DNA of 64,000 nucleotides from Albugo candida (Eukaryota): NCBI GenBank assembly GCA_040437565.1, contig JBDOQK010000011.1, positions 372,001 to 436,000 of the forward strand, read 5' to 3'. Shown piece by piece: positions 47,041 to 56,256 of this stretch (position 1 is its first letter; each line of letters starts with the position of its first letter). The notes under the pieces were generated by a model. It saw only the letters and a program-made list of their open reading frames with translations, ran no database searches and was not told where the DNA came from. The position numbers and the translations under genes were made by a program.

Positions 47041-49869
47041 ATGGATCCAAGTGGGGCTCTTTACGGCGCACACGATGCTATAGTTCCGCTGAGACCAGAT
47101 TCACAGCCCCGAAAATCATCTATTACATCGTTTAGTGATTCTGCGGCTTGTAGTATCCGGCATTCTCTTCCACTGCCCATGAATACAACTCGCAAACGAC
47201 ATCGGCTACCAGAAGGGCAACTTGTACTCCCACATAGTGTGTCACTCGAAAATATTCACATAAATTATCCTGATTCGAGGGACATCAAACATCATAAAAA
47301 TGTTGTCAAGCCCACACCGAAGCGCATGCATTCCGGGTCGCAAGTACCAATAATTACGAACAAAAGCATTCATGAACAACTCGTACTACTTTCTACTCCG
47401 ACAATGGAGTCGGAATCACTCTTTTTGAAGACGAATACCTTCTCGGGAAAACGTCAGACGGATTTGGTGTGCCCATCGATTCGACAGTATCCCTTCGAGG
47501 ATTCAGGTAATGGAAGGATGAGCGCAGGATCCTGCAGCTCGTCGTCGAATGTCAATGACCTCGAAGAAATGTCTAATTCTTTGGAGAAGATTGAAGTTAC
47601 TAATGAAGGCTCTCAAGCACGGATGGAGATGCTTGCTGTTGCTGAAGCAAATACGCAGGAGTGCTCTCAGCTATGGACGGATAAGTCGAACACATGTTCG
47701 CTTCGTTTGAGACTACATCCAGATATGCAGTCATCCATCACAAGCAAAGAGCGAGCTCTGTTGGAGAAGAAAGGATTGGTCCAAATTGAGATTCATCGAT
47801 TAAATTCTCGGAAATCGCTGGGTCGGGATGACTTTTTGGACATTTTTGGGACGTCTCATTCGAAAATACAACCTATCAAATTGAGTCGAACACATTGCGT
47901 GATTGAAGGCTACACGCAGCGGGATCATGATGATCTTGGAGTGTACGTGACGGACAAGAGCACAAATGGAGTTCGCATTGATGGAGTACTGATACGTATG
48001 TAAACAATCCGTAAGCTGTTCGGGAAACCATGAAAACACTTTTTCATTTTCTGTAATTAGACAAAAACAAAAAGTACAGATTGTATGACGGGCAAACAAT
48101 CGCATTGCTTTCCAACTGCACGGGAACAGTGCTACTGGGATATCTAGTAGAAGATCCTCGACGGAATTCCTACAATCCACATGTACTTGCAAGGGCTTGT
48201 TCCACTCCTCAACCGAAAGGCGATCGTATCGTGCAAGATTACACCCTGGGCGTCTTATTTTCAACACCGCTGGTCGGAAAGGATACGAATGGAAAGTATC
48301 ATCCTATCGCTGAGCTCGATGTGAAGCGAGAATACAATATCTTGAAGCAGAGTCTAAGTGAAGCAGCACACTGTGTGGTAAGAGCTCGCTGTGATTACAC
48401 CTCTCTTCGATTTGATCGAGTTGCTCTATTCCGAATAGCTTCGAGCACCACAATCGGAAGAGCCATCAAAACCTGATGAGTATCAAGTATCCCGACAGAT
48501 ACATGTCGATGCCAAATTTGCCAGTACCGAGAGCTTTCGGGTGATGGTGACAATCGGATGTCGAGCTCTTCACTTATCGGGCCACGGCGATGAAAAACAT
48601 TTATATTTTGAAGATGGATTGGGCCTAGTGCATCCAATACCTCACACTAGTCTAAAAGAGCTTTTCTCTGCCGGTGGAAAAGCTCCCTTGCGACTTGTTT
48701 TTGTATCTGCTTGTTCTTCAGCACCACTCGCGAACGCCTTCGTTTCCTGTGGCATTCCACATGTCATTGCGGTCCGGACGACTCAGAGAATTGAAGATCA
48801 TGCAGCCATCGAATTCACGCGATCATTCTATTTGGCATTGGCAACCGGTAAATCAGTTCAAAATAGTTTCGCGATCGCTCAGGAAGCTGTATCCAAGTCT
48901 CCCAATATCAAAGGCCCCGCTGAGGTAGCTTTGAAGTTTCTACTCCTCCCCGAAAATGGCGATCATTCAGAGATCATTTTCCCGCTATCCAAAGTGCAAG
49001 CCAGCGACCCAATGAAAATGGGTCCACTTGAGCTTAGAAAATATCCCAAGCTGTGGTTCGACGGTCTTCCCGCTATCTGTCAAGGCTTTTGCAACCGTGC
49101 TATTGAGGTATACAAAATCTGCTTAGCGCTCTTGCTCAAACAGCAACGAATCACGCGTTTGGTGACCATCTCTGGGGAAGAAGGTATCGGGAAAACTGCG
49201 GTTGCCTACGCAGTTGCGAATTATGTCGGACCTCGAATGACCGTCGAAGGCGGTGTAAAAGTCATTTCAGTCGCGCGAATTGCCGAAGAACTATGCGATC
49301 AGCATGGTACAGAGTATTTTAGCGGTGGAACTCATGGTGTTCCCGTCAGCTTTGGAAACGTACTGCAAGCCGTGAAAGAGCTCATCATACAACATCTTCA
49401 GCAGAGCAGAGTTCAGTTTATGTACGGAGGCAAATCGAATCTGTTGGTGCTTGATGGCTGTGATTGTCTCACCAAAGTCGGCGTACATCGTCAACGGTTT
49501 CGACGTTATCTATCGGATTTGCTCACAAACAATCCAGCTCTGAAAATCGTGCTTACGGCAAGGACGTCGATCACGAATGATGAAGCTTTGACTGGTGTCG
49601 GCGAACGAGTCTTCAAATTGACTCGATTCAGTCCAAAGATGTCGGCTCAAATGCTGTTGGGGCTCGTGAACCGCTCCATCCGAATGAATGAGATCAAACG
49701 ATGTCAATCCACCGCATCCGACAAGATCGAATTGCTCGCATCTCATCCTGTACTGATAGCAACAGATGGAATCCCAAAACGCATTGCAAATCTCGCAGCG
49801 AAGCTCAGCAGCGTATCAATGGATGAGATTAGTGTCGTCGACAACGTGGAAACACCCGATAAAGCCTAA
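47041..49869 (+). CDS. FHA + CHAT (caspase-like) protease + STAND/NB-ARC-like NTPase, ~900 aa, 3 exons
   Basis: Exons 47041-47995, 48061-48377 and 48439-49869 join in frame via GT-AG introns (2703 nt). FHA: LGR...LSRTHCVI...TDKSTNGVRIDG. CHAT: LHLSGHG and VFVSACSS. Walker A GEEGIGKT, Walker B LLVLDGCD, sensor-like IVLTAR, GIP motif. Confidence 0.85.
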
Positions 49870-49903
49870 CAATGCGAAAAGAGAATTTGTATAAAGAATG
49901 ATA

Positions 49904-50589
49904 TCACGCTTCCTTCTGGTTCAGTTTGTGGAAATTGGCTGTGGATGGCGCTGTGCCAAAGTCGGACGAGAGTTGATCAATACAGCTTGGAAAGTTTCGA
50001 AGAAGGATCTGCTTAATGGTGGCATTATGATGGATACAATGATGAACAGCGAACGCCATTTCCCGTCCCAAAGTCGATGGAATTTCACATTCTGTCCCAT
50101 CAGCCGAAAGCATGAACGAAACTCGCATATTTCTCATCAATCGGTCCGTGTCTATCAATAACACCCACTTGAGCGCGCACAGTATATCGATCTCACTTAC
50201 CCAGCGTTTCCACACGTTCACAAATCTCATTCAGCGCCTTTTTGGCTGCTTCCACTCGATTTTCCACATCGGTATTACGGTCGCGAAAATCGTACCGAAC
50301 GACATCGTTGGAATTTTCTAAAGGCTTTCGTAGGTGATCCAAACTATGGCGTACGTGCTGGCCAATGGAGCTCCTCATCCACGGACATTGGAATTGATAC
50401 TGCTCGTTAGTCAGCGCTTTCATTAATTGTTCTTCATGCAAAAGTATCGCTAATATGCTTTCTTTCAAAGCCTTTTGAAAATTTCCCTCTGCGGGCACTT
50501 TTGCTGACGTGTAAATCCGTTTGATGGCTATGCGCACGCTGCAAATCGGTCAGTTTACTGCGAAAAGATCGTTCAACTCACATTCTCAT
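49904..50589 (-). CDS. DinB/YfiT-superfamily protein (3 exons)
   Basis: ATG 50589, 43-nt intron 50581-50539 (GTGAGT...CTGAC...TTGCAG), second intron ~50198-50152. SIGQHVRHSLDH, YDFRDR, STLGREMAFAVHHCIHHNATI give the DinB His-triad pattern. Confidence 0.75.
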
Positions 50590-50606
50590 TCTGTTGCAGT
50601 ATTCGG

Positions 50607-50655
50607 TGATTGGTCAAATCTAACTATTTGATGGTGTCACAGCAACGTCGATTGG
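50607..50655. promoter_or_regulatory. Two CCAAT-box-like motifs in a divergent promoter
   Basis: TGATTGG at 50607-50613 and GATTGG at 50650-50655 in the ~160-bp gap between divergent starts 50589 and 50752. Similar CCAATCA motifs lie just upstream of other genes (4913, 15624, 55249). Confidence 0.45.
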
Positions 50656-50751
50656 TTAAAAGTAGTCATGTGAAGGCCTCACGGACTGGTCAGAACTAGG
50701 GCTGGAAGCAGCGTCAATTGGTCGAAATTGACCCGACGCCAGTAGACGAAA

Positions 50752-52617
50752 ATGCATTGCAATTCAGCTGCCCGACTGACGTTTGGGACCGTGAAATCAG
50801 CATCAGTGGCTACGCTGGAATTGGAGCATGTGATTGGTATATTGTCGATCCCAAACGGCATCCATGTGCATCCTTCAAATCAGATTGTGTATGCAGCGGG
50901 CGGCTCTATTGTCTCCACGGCGCTGCATGACGCCCATCAGCAGTCGATCTTTCAGGGTCACCAGGGACACATTTCCTGTCTAGCATTGTCTCCATCGGGT
51001 CGATTTCTCGCTAGTGGCGCAAAGGGATCCAGCGCAGATGTATTGGTGTGGGATTTCATGAAACAGAAGCTTTTGTATCGATTATGTGAACACGATTTTG
51101 GTGTTGCCGCTTTGGCCTTCTCCGACGACGATCGACTTTTATGCTCTGTTGGAAATGAAGAGGACGCACGTTTGTTTGTATGGGATGTTTGGACGGGGAA
51201 TATTTGTGCGATGCAGCAAAAAATCCAAGTCGCGGCTGTCGCCTTTGTGGGCGATCAAAATGGAGCGAAAAGTTCGATGTATCAATTCGTCACAGTAGGC
51301 AATAGGATTTTACGCTTTTGGACGCTGGATCCATTGTGTGGGGCGCTGTCGTATGTCAACATTGAGCAGACACTTGTCCGAAACTTTACATGCGTTCGGG
51401 TGGCTCCAACGCGAAGAATCGTGCTGATTGGAAGCACGAGCGGTGATTTTGCGGTGATTGATGTCGCTTTAAAACGGATCGTACAGAACGTATCGGCTTG
51501 TTCTGGTGGAGTCCAAGCGATCGCTTTTACCAGCAGCGGCGTTTGTATCGGTGGTGGAGACGGAACCATTCTGCAATTCACCAACGACTACATCGATATC
51601 AGTGCAACGCAATTGGATACTTGCATCATTGGAATCTCTATCGATCAAGAAAAGTGTGTTGCTGCGACGAAAAGCGGATCCATTTATCTTCTGGATGTGA
51701 CTCTCGACCGATCAGCGATGATCCCATCCCGACTTATTTCGGAGAATCATCATAGCGAAGTCATTTCAGTCAAATTTGCAGCTTCTTCTCCCATCAGCGA
51801 TCGTTTTGCTACGATTTCCAATGACCTGACAATTCGAATTTGGGACGTCTCTGAGTATCGAGTGCTTGTAAAGTGCTCTGTGCATGATGGGGGACGACCA
51901 ACATCATTTTATTATTCCGCACATCACTTCGTTTCCGGTTGGTCTGATGGATGTATCCGCTGCCATGATGCACAATCAGGATCCCTATCTTGGACGATTG
52001 GGAACGCTCATTCGGATGGCATCACTGCAATCGTACTGAGTCAAATTGAGCATATCATGATTTCCGGTGGACTAGCAGGAGAGATTCGCGTGTGGGACCT
52101 GAGGAAGCGAATGATGGTCTCTCAATTGAAACAACACACAATGACCATCACTCAGCTTGTGTTGTATCGAGACAATATGACGTTACTCTCATCGAGTCGC
52201 GATCGAAGTATCATCTGCTGGGACCTTCAACAAGGACGGCGTTTGTTCGCATTCACTCAGCGGATGGGAGGGATTCTCGCGTTTGCTTTATCTTCCGATG
52301 AAAAGACAATTGTGAGCGTGGGACAGGACAAGGCAATTTCCTTTTGGAAGAAACCACACGAAGAGGCGTTTCTTATACGGAACGCGCATTTGGAACACAT
52401 CAATTGCATCGCGTTGGCTCATACAATTTCGCTATTTGCAACAGCAGGAAATGACTTTTTGGTGAAATTATGGAATACAGAGACGTATGCGTTTATTTCG
52501 GAAAGGAAAGGGCATTCGGGAATTGTACGGTCGCTTGCATTCAGCCCCGACGATCGACAGCTCATCTCTGTCGGCGAGGATGGCTGCATTTTAGTATGGA
52601 ATGTGTACACTCAATAA
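50752..52617 (+). CDS. CFAP52/WDR16-like WD40 flagellar protein
   Basis: LELEHVIG...IHVHPSNQIVYAAGGSIV...QQSIFQGHQGHISCLALSPSGRFLASG, SGWSDGCIR, GHSGIVRSLAFSPDDRQLISVGEDGCILVW; length and layout match CFAP52. Confidence 0.75.
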   Translation: MHCNSAARLTFGTVKSASVATLELEHVIGILSIPNGIHVHPSNQIVYAAGGSIVSTALHDAHQQSIFQGHQGHISCLALSPSGRFLASGAKGSSADVLVWDFMKQKLLYRLCEHDFGVAALAFSDDDRLLCSVGNEEDARLFVWDVWTGNICAMQQKIQVAAVAFVGDQNGAKSSMYQFVTVGNRILRFWTLDPLCGALSYVNIEQTLVRNFTCVRVAPTRRIVLIGSTSGDFAVIDVALKRIVQNVSACSGGVQAIAFTSSGVCIGGGDGTILQFTNDYIDISATQLDTCIIGISIDQEKCVAATKSGSIYLLDVTLDRSAMIPSRLISENHHSEVISVKFAASSPISDRFATISNDLTIRIWDVSEYRVLVKCSVHDGGRPTSFYYSAHHFVSGWSDGCIRCHDAQSGSLSWTIGNAHSDGITAIVLSQIEHIMISGGLAGEIRVWDLRKRMMVSQLKQHTMTITQLVLYRDNMTLLSSSRDRSIICWDLQQGRRLFAFTQRMGGILAFALSSDEKTIVSVGQDKAISFWKKPHEEAFLIRNAHLEHINCIALAHTISLFATAGNDFLVKLWNTETYAFISERKGHSGIVRSLAFSPDDRQLISVGEDGCILVWNVYTQ

Positions 52618-52713
52618 AAGACGGGGCTGTATTCGAAGTATATCGGAATTGTCTATAATGTCAAGATACGATGCGTTCAGATGTCAAGAATTGTGTCCAA
52701 CGTAAATTCGAAA

Positions 52714-53931
52714 ATGGACGATGACAGCGGCGATGAGCTGATGCAGCAATTACGTCAGAGTTATGCTGGAATGGGACTTGCGTATGACGAATCTTGCAGC
52801 TGTTGTGGAACGCCAGCTGCTCGGATCGTTTGCACGCAATGTCGAAGAGCTTATTACTGCAACGCGGTACGTGCTGTAGACCTCGCGTTTCGTTAATCAC
52901 CCCTTCTTTACATTTAGACTTGCCAACAACGCCATTTCAGCAGTCATCGAGGATTTTGCATTTGTAAGACGCTTTTGTGGATTTCCAATACATCTTTCAA
53001 GCTTATTTTGGCTCGATACAGCGCGATTGAGTATCAATGAATCCGATATTTCCGAGTCGGAACTCGAAAGTGAATCGGAAAAAGGCGACTCGATGGTCTC
53101 AAATGTGTCTCTGATGTCGATGACATCAGTTCGGACGAAGCGCTCGTCTTCTTTCCAAAATATCACAACGGCCAGTGAGTTTGTAGGCGCTATTGAAAAG
53201 CAATTGAAAAATGTGATTCATTTTGCCACGCGCGCTGAACATTCACAACAAAATAAGCAGAAACACGATCGGCTAAAGCATTTACAGCAGCAATTGGCGC
53301 AATTATCGGAACAGTTTTCGCAATCGAAAAATCTCGGAAAGGAGAAAAGCGTTCGAAGTTACTCATTTTTACGTCGGCTACACAGTTCAGAGCGTCACAA
53401 TTCACTTACACACGAGAGACCAATATCGTGTGAATCCAAAAATGATTCTATTGTACAAAAGCCAACGATTGCGATTGACCCGAGGCCAGAGATGGATGAC
53501 CAAAATCTGTATACGCCATTACTGATCAAAGATGATCCACAGTATCGTAAATTTTTCAAATTGAAAGATATGCACATGCCTGTGCTAAAGATTCAGGCAA
53601 AAATGAGAGCGGAAGGAGTGGACCCGGCTTTGCTACAGAATGCACACGCGATTTCTCCAAATGACAAAGGGGTACGTCCAAGCTTCTTCAAATGATACTG
53701 TTTGACTGATCATCCTTCAAGCCATCCGAAAAAGCGTATAATCCACTCAAAGTCATGGACGATCCATTGCTCAAAAAATATTTCAAGCTAAAAAATCTCA
53801 ATATACCGGCCAACATGGTCAAAATGAAGATGGAAGCCGAAGCTGTGGATCCCGATTTACTTGACCATCCTGAACGTATATCACCGAATGATCCCCGAAT
53901 GCGAAAGAGGCATTTCACATACAAAAGCTGA
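52714..53931 (+). CDS. MYND zinc-finger protein with two CCDC53/WASHC3-C-terminal-like repeats (3 exons)
   Basis: CSCC...CTQCRRAYYCNA|TCQQRHFSSHRGFC (MYND). Repeats KDDPQYRKFFKLKDMHMP...KMRAEGVDPALL and MDDPLLKKYFKLKNLNIP...KMEAEAVDPDLLDHP. Stop at 53929-53931. Confidence 0.7.
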
Positions 53932-54000
53932 CAGCAGAGCAAATACGAATTACGTGTAATAATGAAATCAAATGAAATCCTTCAACCGTTCGACCGTGTA

Positions 54001-55218
54001 CTAGCACGCTTCCGTCGCTATCTTTGCATTCTCCGGATTCTGTTGCCCAAACAACGACTTGAAAAGCTCATCAATGTCCATGCTTGGCTTAGCGTGAGGC
54101 TCTGGAAACATAAAGTTTTCCAACTTTGGATGGACAACGTATCGAATTTGTCTTCCTTTGCTGGCTTTTCGATTAACAAGCTTTCTTTTCTTGCGGTTTA
54201 TACGTTGACGTAATGCCGCCTGCCAGCCTCCAGCTTCGGTATTCTGATCAACAAACTCTTTGAGTAAATGCTGATAAAACTCAGCGTCGTCGTACATTAG
54301 CTCGTCCAATTCCAGTTCATCTCCTTCCATCGAAGTGGCTTCTTCCTTTGGAATGTGTGCCTTCCGCTTCACACGCAAAGGATCGGCCACCACCGCGTCC
54401 ACTTGCGATAATATATCTTGATTGACAGCTTTGAACTTCTTTTCTTTCATTGGCTTTCCATTCAATAATGTTGTTTTTTGAAGCGCGGTGCTGAGAATCG
54501 AATTGTAATTTGGAATAGCGTTTTCAATTTCTTTCATCATTTCCTCCCACAAAATTTCGGGACTTTTTCTTTGTAAAGGAACACGGGGAGGCGTTTGTGA
54601 ATCCCAAGAGCTCAATAGACCTTCAAGCTCCTCCATTGTGTCGATGCAATCATACAATCTATCGATACAATCAATTGTGCGCTCTGAAGGCACTTGGGGC
54701 TCTATTCGGATGAGTTTGCTCGAAGACAAAAGTCGTTTGGTGTAAATCTGATTCTCTAAACAGCGCTCCCAAATAAGTTTTTGATTTCGGACATGCGTTC
54801 CTTTTTCTACCACTAATTCTCTCTCCTTTTTGAACAGAATCAGATTGTCTTCTGCTGGGTCATTTTCGGGGTTTACTTCCAGCGGCTTTTCTAGCTCCTC
54901 AAGCTCCTTTGTTTCTGGTTTTTCTGCATCGGTACTGCTCCCGAAACTCTCTGCATCAGACCAGTTCTGTAACGCGTCTTCGTCTGGAGATTCAAGGCAA
55001 GTATCCTCGTTATCTACGACATCATTTCGCCTCACGACTTTGGCTGCGTACTCTTTTTCGTCCTGTTCTGAGGCGATCCAATTCAACTTTCGGAGACGAG
55101 AGCTTACAATGTCTTTATCGTCAGCATCGTCATATGTGTTGTCGGTATAAATGACACGTGCAGAGGTCTCATCGCCGTAATCTTCGGCAGCATCGATATC
55201 GAAAGGATTCACAGCCAT
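54001..55218 (-). CDS. AATF: AATF/Bfr2 ribosome biogenesis factor
   Basis: EKGTHVRNQKLIWERCLE, YDDAEFYQHLLKEFV, VNRKASKGRQIRYVVHPKLENFM (TRAUB domain). Confidence 0.93.
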   Translation of the reverse strand: MAVNPFDIDAAEDYGDETSARVIYTDNTYDDADDKDIVSSRLRKLNWIASEQDEKEYAAKVVRRNDVVDNEDTCLESPDEDALQNWSDAESFGSSTDAEKPETKELEELEKPLEVNPENDPAEDNLILFKKERELVVEKGTHVRNQKLIWERCLENQIYTKRLLSSSKLIRIEPQVPSERTIDCIDRLYDCIDTMEELEGLLSSWDSQTPPRVPLQRKSPEILWEEMMKEIENAIPNYNSILSTALQKTTLLNGKPMKEKKFKAVNQDILSQVDAVVADPLRVKRKAHIPKEEATSMEGDELELDELMYDDAEFYQHLLKEFVDQNTEAGGWQAALRQRINRKKRKLVNRKASKGRQIRYVVHPKLENFMFPEPHAKPSMDIDELFKSLFGQQNPENAKIATEAC

Positions 55219-55313
55219 TCTTTTCCCAGTCTGAAAAGTTGTATTCTGCCAATCAAAAAATTATTTTCAGATTTTTTATCAATAAGAGATTAGTTTTGCA
55301 TATTAATGATCAA

Positions 55314-55895
55314 TCAAATGGTACTATTTTTGACATCGTCACGAGCCAGCATTTCTAATGTTCGGAGCTTTTTCGGTTCGGAGGTGTCGCTGAGTGCATT
55401 CTTGCCTTTCCATCCTCGATAGTATCGTTGATTTTCACACAATCGATCATTTGAATAACCGGTTGACAATGGCTGTAGAAATGTCAACACTGGAATGGAT
55501 ACCTGCTTCATTGTTGCCAGAGGACGAATTTCCTTTTGTTTTCCTGAGGTTTTCTGCCGCTTCTTCTTGTCCTTCTTTTGTTTTCTCTTTCTGCGATGAC
55601 AGGATTCCTCATCGTTAGTGTCAGTGACTGAAGATGATTTATTTCTACTTTGTGAACGAGTTTGAGGTCTCGATCGACGTGGTGGTTTTGACCGATCTGG
55701 GGAGGAGGAACTTCTTAGCACTTTCCTTTCCTTTCTTGCGCTATGCTTGCTCCAGCTGCGCTTGCGAGATGATCTGAGGCGTGTACAGTTTCGGCTTTGG
55801 CTTCGGCTTCGGCTTCGGCTTCGGCTTCGGCTTCGGCTTCGGCTTCGGCTTTCTTTTCTGGGCCGCCTACACATGATTTTATGCGGATAATACAT
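55314..55895 (-). CDS. Arg/Ser-rich (RS) nuclear protein, exon boundaries uncertain
   Basis: RSRSRS tract and KRKQKKDKKKR basic cluster; true start and end are probably spliced. Confidence 0.5.
   Translation of the reverse strand: MYYPHKIMCRRPRKESRSRSRSRSRSRSRSRSQSRNCTRLRSSRKRSWSKHSARKERKVLRSSSSPDRSKPPRRSRPQTRSQSRNKSSSVTDTNDEESCHRRKRKQKKDKKKRQKTSGKQKEIRPLATMKQVSIPVLTFLQPLSTGYSNDRLCENQRYYRGWKGKNALSDTSEPKKLRTLEMLARDDVKNSTI
55799..55851. repeat. (GGCTTC)8 hexanucleotide microsatellite encoding RS dipeptides
   Basis: Eight perfect GGCTTC units plus a partial one, read directly. Confidence 0.95.
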
Positions 55896-56256
55896 ATATC
55901 AAGATATAGAGTGATATCGATTCAAACGGGTGGTCATTGCTCTGAGCTGCTTAGTCCAACCTAAGCATATGCGATTCCTGGTGGCCTGAAGCCAATCATA
56001 TATTTTCCACCTTCAATGTTGAAAGATCGGCTACACTCCTTTATGGTGCTTTTCTACAAGCACTGATTCGACATTATAAGCAAGTCCCAAATCCAAAAAT
56101 AGAGTGGTGGCACTTAATGTTTGAGCTGCAGCATAGNNNNNNNNNNNNNNNNNNNNNNNNNNNNNNNNNNNNNNNNNNNNNNNNNNNNNNNNNNNNNNNN
56201 NNNNNNNNNNNNNNNNNNNNNNNNNNNNNNNNNNNNCACCCAAACAAAAGTGGCTC

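Noticed and set aside
50752-52617. WD40 gene as a detached sensor for the nearby CHAT-STAND protein (Apaf-1-like split system)
   Set aside because: Its N- and C-terminal motifs and length match the flagellar CFAP52/WDR16 family; nothing beyond proximity links it to the protease.
55799-55851. Short tandem array as CRISPR or telomeric repeat
   Set aside because: No spacers and not a telomere unit; it is a coding microsatellite for RS dipeptides.
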